Source: Camelus ferus
Lineage: Eukaryota
Length of the DNA stretch: 64,000 nt
NCBI RefSeq assembly: GCF_009834535.1
Contig: NC_045696.1
Coordinates: 119,538,001-119,602,000, forward strand
Reading direction: 5' to 3'
A program made the translations under genes and the position numbers. Of this stretch, positions 52,919 to 64,000 are shown one piece after another. Every line of letters starts with the position of its first letter. Position 1 is the first letter of the stretch. The notes under the pieces are model-generated. The model had not been told where the DNA came from. It saw nothing but the letters and a program-made list of their open reading frames with translations, and did not search any database.

Positions 52919-53059
52919 ATGTGTAGATTTGTGTTTTAATTTCTCTTGGGAAGGGCCATATGAGTGGAGTCGCTGAGTTGTATGGTCAGCTTACGTTTAA
53001 TGTTTTAAGACTAGCCAAACCCTGCAATCCCTATTGCATGTTGCTTGGTTTGACTTGCT

Positions 53060-55260
53060 CACATTTTGTATATCTCTCTATTCTTGTAATGTCTTTGTTT
53101 GGCTTTGATATGAGGGTGATGTTGGCCTCGTAGAATGAACTGGGAAGTGTTCTCTGCTCTCTTCTAGAAGAATTTGTCAAGGATTAGTAGTATTTCTTAT
53201 TTGAATATTTGGTAAAATTCACCAGTGAAGCTATGTGGGCCAGGCCTTTCCTTTGTGATAAACTTTTAAATTACTCATGCTGTTTCTTCACTTGTCATAG
53301 GTCTATTCAGATTTTCTGTTCCCTCTTGAGTCAGTTTAACTAATTTGTGTCTTTCAGGGAATTTGTTCATTTTATCTAATGTCTAATTTTTTGGCATAAA
53401 AGTTGGTTAAATATTCCTGTATAGTGCTTTTAGTTTCTCTAAGGCCAGTAGTGATGTACGCCGTTTCATTCTTGATTTTGGTGATTTAGTCTTCCTTTGT
53501 TTTTTTTTTCTGGTCGGTCTAGCTAAAGATTTGTCCATTTTATTGGTCTTTTCCTAGAACCAACTTTTGGTTTTATTGATTTTTTCCCCCTATTTTTCTC
53601 CTGTGGTATTGATTTTCCCTCTAACATTTATAATTTCTTACCTTCTGCTTGCTTTGGATTTAGTTTGCTTTTTTCTAATTGTTTAGGATGGAAGCTTACT
53701 TGAGGTTTTTCTTCTCTAGTATTGATGTGTATAGCCATAAATTTCCCTTTATATACTATGTTAACTATCCTGTAAGTTTTGATGTGTTTTATTTTCATTT
53801 TCTGTCAGTTCAAAATACATTCTGAGTCTCCTTGTGATTTTGTCTTTGACCCATGTGTTGTTTAAGTGTCTTGATTAATATTAATATCTTGATTAGTATG
53901 TTTTCTAATTTAATTCCATTGTGATTGAGGCATATTATATTCTTTCTCATTTCAGTTCTTTTAAATTTGAGACTGTTTTATCGCCTAACACGTATTCTAT
54001 CGTGAATGTTCCATGCGTGCCTGAGAAGATATGAATTCTGTTGTTGGGTGGAGTCTTCAATACATTTAGGTCACGTTGGTTAATAGTATTGCTTAAATTA
54101 TTCTTGCTGATTTTTTGTTTTACTTGCTCTGTCATTTATGAGGGTGTGGTATTGAAGTCTGTTATTGTTTAATTGTGTATTTTTTCCTTTTTTTTTTTTC
54201 ATTTTTTGCTTCCCCTATTTTGGGGCTGTTTTTTTAGGTGTATATGTTTATATTCATTATATTTTCCTGGATTTGGTACTTTTAGTATTATACTTAAAAA
54301 CAAGTAGTTTTTTTTAATTTAGTCTATTTTGTTGGGTATTAGTATAGCTAATCAGTTCTCTGATGGTTATTGTTTGTGTGTTGTATCTTTTCCTATCCTT
54401 TCAACCTATTTGTGTCTGTGAATCTGAAGTGTCTCTTGTAGGCAGCATATAGTTGGCACTGCTTTTTTTATCCAGTCCAACAATCTGTCTTCTTAATGGA
54501 GTGTTTAACCCTTTCCTATTTAATGTTATTTTTGAAATGGTTGGGTTTGTGTCTCCCATTTGGTCTGTTTTTCATATACCTCATATGTCTTTTTTGTTCC
54601 TCTGTTCCTCTTTTATTACCTTTTGTATTTTCTTTTCACCATTTAAAATTCTTTGATTTTAAAAAATTATGTTTTTCTTAGTATTTGTCCTGGGGATTAC
54701 GGTATGCATCTGAATTTATCACAGTCTGCTTCAGATTTAATGCTAAGAATACTCCAGTACAGCTCCATTTCCTCATCTCTCCTTCATGCTGTTATTGTCG
54801 TATATATTATGTCTGTTTACATAATAAACCCGGTGACACAGTGTTTTAATTATTACTTTAAACATTGTGTGTCTTTTAAAGAATAAAAAGAAAAATATTT
54901 GTAGTCTTTAGTATTTCTGATGCTCTTTCTGACGGATGCCAGTTCTGTCTGGTGTCATTTCCTCCCTCCAGTGTAGCTCCAGGCCCTCCTCCCTTTTTTT
55001 GTGCTGCTACTGTTACATATATTACATCTTTATATGTTATAAGCCTAACAGTACAACTTTATAATTGTTTATGCAGTTGCCTTTTACATTGAGTAGAAAA
55101 GAGTAAAAAATATGCTTATACAGTCTTTTATATTGTATTGTTATTTTTTTCTTTACCTGTTGTTGCTTCTGCCCGCGTTCTTTATTTCTCCGTGTGGATT
55201 CTGGTTACTGTCTGGGGTAACTTTTTGTCTTCCTGAAGAAGTTCCATTAGTATTTGACTT
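53060..55260 (-). mobile_element. Old L1M ORF2 fragment
   Basis: Minus-strand ORF 53947-54135 has L1 endonuclease-region remnants (KQKISK..L.NTINQ.DL...FSGTHGTFT.I..VLG.KT..NL); 'ggcctcgtagaatgaactgggaagtgttc'. Confidence 0.85.
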
Positions 55261-56865
55261 TTATCTGTAGCTCCTGAAGAATGCATGTTAGAGTTAGTGG
55301 CTGCCCACATCATCTTAATTGGGGACCACATACCTTATAATGTGCGTGTTGTGAGTTGAGTGACAATTGAGAAGGGGTGCAGGAGGAGAGGCTGGGCAGA
55401 GGGATGTTCCTGGATGATCCTGTGTTCTACACTCTGGGACTTGAATCTGTGGGGACCAGCTATTGGAAGATTTTACAGAGTCTGTGATCACCTTTGAGCC
55501 ATGAGGAAGGATCAGAGACTGGGGTCTGAGTCCTTGTTCAGAGATGGCAGGACAGACTCTGAGAGGAAGGTGAATCAGCCTTTCCCTCTACAGTTCCTTC
55601 TTCGTTTTTTTGAGAAGTTAAAAGCTCCTATGTCCATAAACTATTTACACATTACAAGTCAGCAAAAGAGTTACACACAGTTTGTGGAGTGGGAACCATG
55701 GGAGCTTCTGTGGAGTTTGTGAAACATCGTTTCAGGATGAACAGAGTGCTGCTGTCTGTGTGTATGGAGGGGAGTGTGTTTGGAAACATTAGGTAAACAT
55801 CTTCTGAGAGCTGACCTTTTTTTCTGATTCTTAAAGGCTGGGTCTGTGTAAGTGGTGCTTTTCAGTAGTTTTGATCCGACAGAGACGGTGTGTTTTTCAG
55901 GAACTTCTGCAGGTTCTGGACTCTCACTTACTGCCTGCAGCTCCCTGTAGGAGTGCAGGAGCTCCCCACCCCCTTTTATAATATCATTAAACTCTGCCAT
56001 TTTCAAGAGTTTAATCGTTGAACTAATGGAAGTTAGAAGTGAAACTGTGACAGAATTTACCTGTTTAGTCTTCCCAAAGAGTAAGGGTCACAGTTTTGTC
56101 CAGCACCATATACACAACTAGAAATTTAGGCGTATAATTATGTCACAGGTGCTCTGAATACTAGAATACAAAATAAATATTTCCAATTACCACATTCAAT
56201 ACTTTGATACTATCTGCTGATCTTGGTGGGAATGCAGGAAATTGGTCCGACTATGCTGTCTTATCTCCCTGGAGAACTACCTGAAGTAATGCTGTTTATT
56301 GTCTGTGTTTATGGTCCATCTCCCTCTGCTGCACTATGAACTCGGAGAGGGCAGGGACCGTATCTGTGACTGACTGCTGTTCCCCCATCACCTGCAGCAG
56401 TGCTGTTAGTGGACATGCCAGTAATTGCTGGATGAGTGATGAATCCCAGTTAGGTGTATCTGAGGTAGGACCCTGGTACCTCTATTTTTTAAAAAAGGCA
56501 TCTCCGGTTTTGATGTGTTTGGGAAACACTGGCCTGTCTTCCTTCTCAGACGTGTGGTAGTGTGCACAAGGTAAGGTACGTGTGTATCCTCACTGCGCGA
56601 TCATTTGGGGCTTCTTCCACTCCTGAAATTGGGAACTTGACTGAGTCCCCTGGAAGGAACAGTTTAGTTCAGTACTGTTTTCCACGTATTGTTGACAGGT
56701 AAGACTCAGAATGGACAATTGCTTTCCACCATCAAGTAATTAAATTTAGGAATGGTAGGAAGATAGAGCTAAAATGCAGCTTATTAAATGCCCCTGCCCC
56801 CCCCCCCCTTTAAACAACAGCAACAAAACGCAAGGTCAGGCTTCCTGGATGACTTTCCTCCAAAA

Positions 56866-57057
56866 CAGTGATTCTCAGTGGTGGGGGTGGTGAGGGGTCT
56901 CCAATGACTGGAGACATTTTGGATTGTCCTAACTGGGGAGGGAAGAAGATACTCATGGCATCTATTGCGTAGAGGCCAGGCATAATGCTCAACATTGTAC
57001 AGTGAACAGGGCATCCACCTCTAGCGATGAATCATCTGCAGAGGTTGAGACACCCTG
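56866..57057. mobile_element. MER20-like hAT MITE
   Basis: 'cagtgattctca...ggagacattttggattgtc.taactgggg...ggcatctattgcgtagaggccagg...gaggttgagacaccctg'. Confidence 0.75.
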
Positions 57058-57245
57058 CTGTAAACAAGCTGTTTAGAGAAAGCGTTCGTAGTTAATGTGG
57101 ACTTGGGCAGTTATGGATCCATGGAGCCTGTGTGCCCACATGTGCACATGCGTGTACATACACACATGCACATTCACTCATTGGCCCTGGGAAAAACAGT
57201 GTCTTGTGTAGAGAAATCTGTATGTGGGGAATTGGATTTTATATA

Positions 57246-59270
57246 CAAGCAGACCTTGATTTATTGTGCTTTGCTTTATTGTGTTTCACAGATGTTGCGT
57301 TTTTTACAGATTGGAGGTTTGTGGCATCCTTGCATCGAGCAAGTCTATCAGTGCCATTTTTCCAACAGCATCTGCTCTCTTGGTATTGCTGAGTCACATT
57401 TTGGTAATTTTTGCAATATTTCAGACTTTTTTCATTGTGATTATATTTGTCTTGGTGATCTGGGATCAGTGATCTTTGATGTTTGGGGCGCCATGTACTG
57501 TGTCCATATCAGACATGAACTTAATCCATAAATGTTGTGTGTGTTCTGACTGCCCCACCGACCCGCTGTTCTGTCTTTCTCCCTCTCCTTGGCCTCCTTG
57601 TTCCCTGAGGCACAACAATATTAATATTAGGCCAATGAATAAATAGCACTACAGTGGCCTCTAAGTACTTGTCCAAGTAAAAAGAAAAATCACACATCCC
57701 TCAATTTAAGTCAAAAGCTAGAAATGACGAAGCTTAGTGAACAAGGCATGTCAAAGCCCAGCTACGCCAAAAGCTAGCCCTGCTGACCCAAACGGCCAAG
57801 TGGTGAATGCAAAGGAAAAGTTCTTAAAGGAAATTAAAAGTGCTACTGTGGTGAACACATGAATGATAAGAAAGCAAAGCAGCCTTATTGCTGATACAGA
57901 AAAGTTTTTCTCTTAATTGAGGTATAGTTGGTATACAATGTTATATAAGTTTCAGATGTACAACATAGTGATTTACAATCTTTAAATACTCAATTTTATA
58001 GTTATTATAAAATATTGGTTGTATTCCCTATGTTGTACAATATGTCCTTGTAGCTTAGTTACTCTATACATAGTAGTTTGTACCTTTTAATATGAAGGAA
58101 GTCTGAGCAGTCTGGATAGAAGATCAAACCAGTCACCACATTCCCTTAAACCAGAGCCTAATCCAGAGCAAGGCCTTAACTCTCTTCAATTCTATAAAGA
58201 CTGAGGTGAGGAAGCTGCAGAAGAAAAGTCTGAGGCCGGCAGAGGTTGGTTCATGAGGTTTAAGGAAAGAAGTCGTCTCTACAACATAAAAGTGCAAAGT
58301 GAAGCAGCAGGTGCTGATGCAGGAGCTGCAGCAAATTATCCAGAAGATCGAGCTCAGATAATTGATGAAGATGGCTATACTAAGCTACAGATTTTTGATG
58401 TAGATGAGTAGCATTCTATTGGAAGAAAAAGCCATCTAGGACTTTCATAGCCAAAGAGGAGAAGTCAGTGTGTGGCTTCCAAGCTTCACAGGACAGGCTG
58501 ACTCTCTTGTTAGGGCTAATGCAGCTGGTGACTGTCATGTGAAGCCAGTGCTCCTTCACCATTCTGAAAATTCTGGGGCCCTTAAGATGATGCTATATCT
58601 ACTCTGCCTGTGCTCTGTAGACGGAACAACAGGCCTGGATGACAGCACGTCTTTTACAACGTGGTTTACTGACTATTTTAGGCCCGCTGTTGAGGTCCGT
58701 TGCTCAGAAGAAAGGACTCCTTCCAAGATGACTGCTCCTTGATGGTGCACGTGGTCACCCCAGAGCTCTGCTGGAGAAGGACAGCGAGGTTCATGTTTCC
58801 CTGCCTGCTCGCACGGCACCCAGTCTGCAGCCTGTGGATCAAGGGGTCGTTTCAAATTTCAAGCCTTATTACTTAAGAAATACCTTTTGTGAGGCCACAG
58901 CTACCATAGGTAGTGGTTCCTCTGATGGATCCGGGCACAGTCAGGTGTAAAAACCTCTGGAAAGGATTCCCCAGTCTAGATCCAGGAAGAACATTCATGA
59001 TTCGTGGGAAGAAGTCAAAATATCAGCATGAACAGGCGTTTGGAGGAAGCTGATCCCAGCCCTCATGGATGGCTTGGAGGGGTTCCAGACCTCAGTGATG
59101 GAGGTGACCACCGATGTGGTGGGAACAGGAGGAGAACGGGAATTAGAAGTGGAGCCTGAAGGTGGGGCTCCATTGCTGAAAGGTAAAACTTGAATGAATG
59201 AACTGTTAACAAGGAAAATGGTTTCTTGAGGTGAACTCTACTCCTGGTGAAGAAGCTGTGAAGATTGAAA
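57246..59270 (+). mobile_element. Large decayed Tigger1 (pogo-family) transposon with disrupted transposase; right end missing
   Basis: TA followed by Tigger1 5' end; transposase remnants from ~57654 ([78 protein letters not shown]) broken by stops and frameshifts. Confidence 0.92.
57905..58090 (-). mobile_element. L1 3' fragment inserted in the Tigger1 transposase
   Basis: 'aattgaggtatagttggtatacaatgttatataagtttcagatgtacaacatagtgattt'; transposase text resumes afterwards. Confidence 0.8.
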
Positions 59271-60849
59271 TATTGAAAATATTTAAATAATTTTTCACTT
59301 TTTATTTTGAATAATTAGACATTAACATAAGTAACCCCCATAAACAAAACTCTTTGGGGTCCTCAAAAATTTAAAGAAGTGTAGGGATCCTGAGACCAAA
59401 ATTTTTTTGAACAGGTGGCTTCCTGGGATTGGTCCCTCAGATACTGTTGAACCCACATTTGTGTCTCTTGTTAGGTTAAGCTTCCATAGGCTAGAAGATT
59501 TTAATTCCTTGGGCTTTGATGGAAAGTTCCGGCTTTTTATTTTTGACTTGAGTATATTTTTAAAGTATAAAATATATAGCAGAATCTATGACGGTTAAAT
59601 TTTTGACTTCATATGCTAAAAAAGCATTACTTGCAAATTAGATGAGTGGAGAATTATATTTGGAAGAATGACGAAAAGAATCACAGGAAATGGGAAATTA
59701 TTTTGTAAAGGTTACAATAGACAAATGATTGTGGGAAAAATGTTATCTTATGAGAGTCTTGGAGAAACAAGATGACTCGGTTTAGCAGACACCTAACTGT
59801 AAGGGATTGCATACCCATAGAAAGGGGATGTGATTGGAGCACTGTAACTGTCGCACACAGTCAAGCTTTGACCATAAAGAAATAATAGGTTTTCTGTTTT
59901 CTGAAACATTGAAAATAAACTCTGTGGGTTTGAATGAATTGTTGGTAGGTTACTATGGAAGCCATTTCAGGCAACATTTAGGGGAACCATATTAAAAGGG
60001 ATTTAGAGGAAAAGAGACTTTCCACAGATTTATTTTCTTATGTGTATAAAATTCATCAGGATTACCTTGATTTAGGGTCTTGGTTAAACTTTTTAAGGGT
60101 AAGATGTGGCTTGTGTTAAGGTGAGACCTACACACAGTATCTGTGGAGTCAGTGAGGAAGTGTCTCGTGTGCTGTGCAAAACTGGGGAAGATCCAGAAGA
60201 AATCAGGGAAATACTTTATCAGGAGTTGAGTTAAGAACTTAAAGGCAGTATTTTCCCCCTGGATATTTTTGATTAAGCTGATTTTGTAAATATAATTTTT
60301 TATGTGTTGTGCTTTAATCCCTAGCAGGCTTGCAACCCTTTGAAGCGACCCATAGTCATTTCATAGTGGGATTAGGAGCTAGATTATTGGGAAAGACCAC
60401 AATTTGTTTTTTCTCAAGTTCTAACACAAGTAATACTTGGTGTTGATATTTGTATACTTGGATGTTTTTCACTAGTTAAATGTGAGGAAGAAGCTCTGTG
60501 TAAAAACTTGCGTTGAAAAAAAGATACATTAAAAATCACCAGTGTACTTTCTGAGAAATGTTTAAGTAGATAGTTATCTTTTTAAATCCATGTTAATATT
60601 TTTTCTTGTTACATTCTGTTTTCCTTATTTTAGATCAAATGATTTCTACTTCCTATTCTGTCTCAACAGTGAGTGACATGAGATATTCAGGGACATAGGT
60701 CTTTGTAAATTTTTTTTTTTTTGGTGTGATAGATTTCATTAGAATACTATTTTATCTCAGGTGTTTAAAAAATTCTCATTCTAAAATTAAATATATATAT
60801 TACTGTAAACTCTTATTCATTTATATAAAAGCAAAAAAATTTTTTTCTA

Positions 60850-62790
60850 TTCGTTTTTATTGTGGTAAAATAAACATAAAATTTGGCATTTTAGTCATTT
60901 TAAGGTGTGCAATTCAGTGGCATTAAATACATTCACACTGTATCACTACCCCCCATCTGCAGAACATTGACACAGTGAAACTGTACCATTAAACATTAAC
61001 TCCCCATTCCTTCATCCCCCCACCTCTGCCAGACACCATTCTGCTTCATATAACTGGAATCATATATTTGTCCTTTTGTGATTGACTTATTTCACTTGTC
61101 TTCAAGATTCATCCACGTTGTAGTGTGTGTTAAAATAGCTTTCTAAGGCTGAAACACACTCCAGTGTGTGTATATGCCACATTTAAAAAGTTCATTAGTC
61201 CATCCATGGACAGTTGGGTTGCTTTCCAAGTGTCCTTTAGGCTCTTGTGAATGATGGTGCTATGAATGTGGGTGGATAAATATCTGTTTGAGTCCCTACT
61301 TTCAGTTCTTTCAGGCAGATCCCCAGAAATGGAATTGCTGGGTCCTATGGTAATTCTGTGTTTAATTTTTTGAGGAAATGCTATACTGTGATTATGCATT
61401 GATGGCTGTATATATTTTACATTCTCACCAGCAATGCACAAGTTTCCATTTCTTCGCACCTCACCAACATTTGTTATTTTCTGTTTGTTTTCTTAATAGC
61501 CATTCTGATATCTGTTAAGTGGTATTTTGTGGTTTTGATTTGTAGTTCCCTAGTGATTAGTGACATTGAGCATCCTTTCATGTGCTTATTACCATTTGTA
61601 TATCTTTGGGGAAATGTCCATTTTTTAATTGAGTTGTTTTCATTTGTTACTGTTTTTGACTTGTAGGAGTTCTTTATATACTCTGGATATTAATCCCTCA
61701 TCAGATATATGATTTTCAAATATTTTCTCCCATTCTGTAGATTGCCTTTTCACTCCATTGATAGTGTCCTATCATGCACAAAAATTTTAAATTTTAAGTT
61801 CAGTGTATCCTTTTTTTCCCTTTTATTGCCTGTGCTTTTTGGTGTCATATCCAAGAAATCATTGCAAAATTCAGTATCATGAAGCTTTTCCTGTTTTCTT
61901 CTAAGAGTTGGTTTTAGCTCTTGCATTTAGATCTTAAATCCATTTTGAGCTGATTTTTGTATGTGGTGTAAGGTCGGGGTCCAACTTCATCCTTTTGCAC
62001 ATGAATATCCAGTATTTACAACACCATTTGTTGAAAAAACTGTGCTTTCTCTTATTGAATAGTCTTGGCACCCTTGTTGAAGTCAGCTGAGTATATATAT
62101 ATATGCGAGAGTTTATTTCTGGTCTTTATTCTATTCCATTGGTCTGTCTGTCAGCCTTCATGCCAGTTCCACACTGTTTTGATTACTGTAGCTTTGTAAG
62201 AAGTTTTGAAATATGTGAAACCTCCAAATTTGTTCTTTTTTTTTTTTTTTTCCAAGATTGTGTTAGCTCTTGAGTTCCTTGAGATTACATATGAATTTTA
62301 GGATGGATTTTTAATCTGTAAAAAAAAGAAAGTTGGGATTTTGATAGGGATTATATTAAATCTGTCGATTGCCCTGTGTAGTATGGACATTTTAACAATA
62401 TTAAGTCTTCCTATCCATATCTTTCCATTTATTTGTGTCTAATTTCTGTCAGCAGTGTTTTATAGCTTTTGGTATACAAGCTTTCCCTCTCCTTGGTTAA
62501 GTTCATTTCCAAGTATATCATTAATGCTGTTGTAAATGGAATTGTTTTCATAATTTCCTTTCTATTTTGTTGTTAGTATATATTTTTTAAAAAAAACTGA
62601 TTTTTGTGTGTTGATTTTATATCCTGCAACTTTTCTGAATCCATTTACTATTTCTAATAGTCTTTTTGTGTGTGAACTCCTTAGGGTTTTCTACATACAA
62701 GATTATGTTGTCAGTGAACAGAGAGTTTTTCTTCTTCCTTTCCGTTTGGATATCTTTTCTTTTTCTTGTCTTTCATCTTTAATGGGTAGA
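60850..62790 (-). mobile_element. L1MA/MB-type 3' region (~1.9 kb)
   Basis: Antisense L1 ORF2/3'UTR text ('ggaattgctgggtcctatggtaattc', 'tccagtatttacaacaccatttgttgaaaa', 'gttgattttatatcctgcaactttt'). Confidence 0.88.
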
Positions 62791-64000
62791 GAAATAAAAT
62801 AGGAAGTGGTATTAGATGTAGAAATTTGTTTATCTGAAGCTTTACTATGGAAAATGTATCTTGAAAGTTTTTCATGCTGTTCCATGGAAAGCTAGGGAGT
62901 TTATCAAGTGATGACAGTTTGCATTGCTAAGAAAATTTAACTCAGTTTCTAGGTTTATAATAGGGTTGTTGTTTTTGTTTTTTGCTCTCAGAGAAAGCCT
63001 CATCACAGGTGCAGTTTTTTTTAGTCCTTGACATTGCATGATTTTTGTTTTTTCTGCTCGCTTTTGAAGGTAATTGTTAGCATTTAATTATTCTTTGGAG
63101 TTTTGATTTTTGTTGCCACAGATATTTATATAAGAGATGCCTGTAACCGACATTATAGATACATAAAATGTGAAGATGTTAAAAACAGGTGGTACACTGG
63201 AAGTAAACTTGAATGATTTAGGTCAGATCTTAAGAGGAGAGAACTGAGGCCTAGAGAGGATGTTAACTTGTACAGGATTATACAGTTGTTATTAGAGCTA
63301 GGACTAAACCTTTTTCGTAATTTTTCTCTCATTCTTTCTACCTGAACCATTGATTACTGCAGCAGCCTGTTAACTGTCTTTCTGTACTTTATACTCATCC
63401 TTTATTCTTGCTAGTGGATCCAAAGCATAATATTTCTAAAATATAAATAGTCAGTGTGTCCGTTTTTTCAGTTATTAACCATTATCTTCAGGGTAGTGTT
63501 AGCATTAAATATAGCTAAGTCTATTACTTGTGTTGTCTGATTTAATTCTTCGAACAGTTCTTTGCTATTAAATTATCCCAGTTTTATAGATGGGCAAATT
63601 GAGACCAGGGCTGTCTGATTTCACAGTTTATGTTCCTTGGCCCTGTTTTATACTACTTAAGTAAGGCCTTCAAGACCCCTTGCGTTGTTGCTCTTATCCA
63701 CGTCTCTAGTGTTCAGTTGACATTTTCAACTGTAAATTCCTTGAAGGCAGAGATCACATCCCAGACCAAACAGTTGCCTAGTGCAGGGTAGATGCTTGGT
63801 AAATGTTGAATAACTTTTAAGCAGTGAGTGGATGGCACAGGATGGTGAGACTAGCCCAGTGCGGGAAGACATGAGTAATATATCTGAAAGAGAGGATCCC
63901 TCTGACTGGCCATGCTCAGGACAGGTCAGTCTTTGGGTTAAAGCACAATGGTGAGAAGGAGGAACAGGATGAGGGAAGCGGAATCCAGAGCGATGATTAA

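Larger units (their letters stand above)
37723..64000 (+). other. ANKRD28 intron 1 (partial, inferred)
   Basis: Begins with the GT donor; I found no PSLVQAIF-encoding exon in the window; recognisable L1s in this span are antisense. Confidence 0.75.

Noticed and set aside
57128..57175. Alternating purine-pyrimidine tract with a short palindrome (possible Z-DNA)
   Set aside because: Short, interrupted, degenerate (CA/TG)n sequence that is common in mammalian DNA.
1..64000. CRISPR arrays, operons, rRNA genes or an intact endogenous viral ORF
   Set aside because: None seen; this is repeat-rich mammalian DNA with solo LTRs and no spaced repeat array.

Overview
Mammalian genomic DNA, very probably camelid (Camelus/Vicugna/Lama): it carries tRNA-Ala-derived SINEs of the Vic-1 type and matching young L1 3' ends, and I saw no Alu, B1/B2 or Bov-tA elements. 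About 1-36 kb is repeat-rich intergenic DNA containing a decayed, 3'-truncated processed pseudogene of DNAJB1 (~20.7-21.7 kb) lying against a Tigger13-like DNA transposon. A CpG island at ~36.4-38.1 kb holds the promoter and first coding exon of ANKRD28 (+ strand; ATG at 37696, MAFLKLRDQ, then a GT donor). The remainder (37.7-64 kb) is most simply ANKRD28 intron 1, filled with antisense L1s, LTRs, a large decayed Tigger1 and MITEs. Nearly all ORFs in the supplied track are chance or repeat-derived. I see no convincing new biological system. The items most worth checking are the 3'-truncated retrocopy, a SINE dimer under one target-site duplication (TSD), the ANKRD28 leader (uORF, open in-frame upstream region, CGG repeats) and two candidate stop-containing micro-exons. 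Repeat subfamily names and parent-gene comparisons come from memory of consensus sequences, and most repeat boundaries are approximate.
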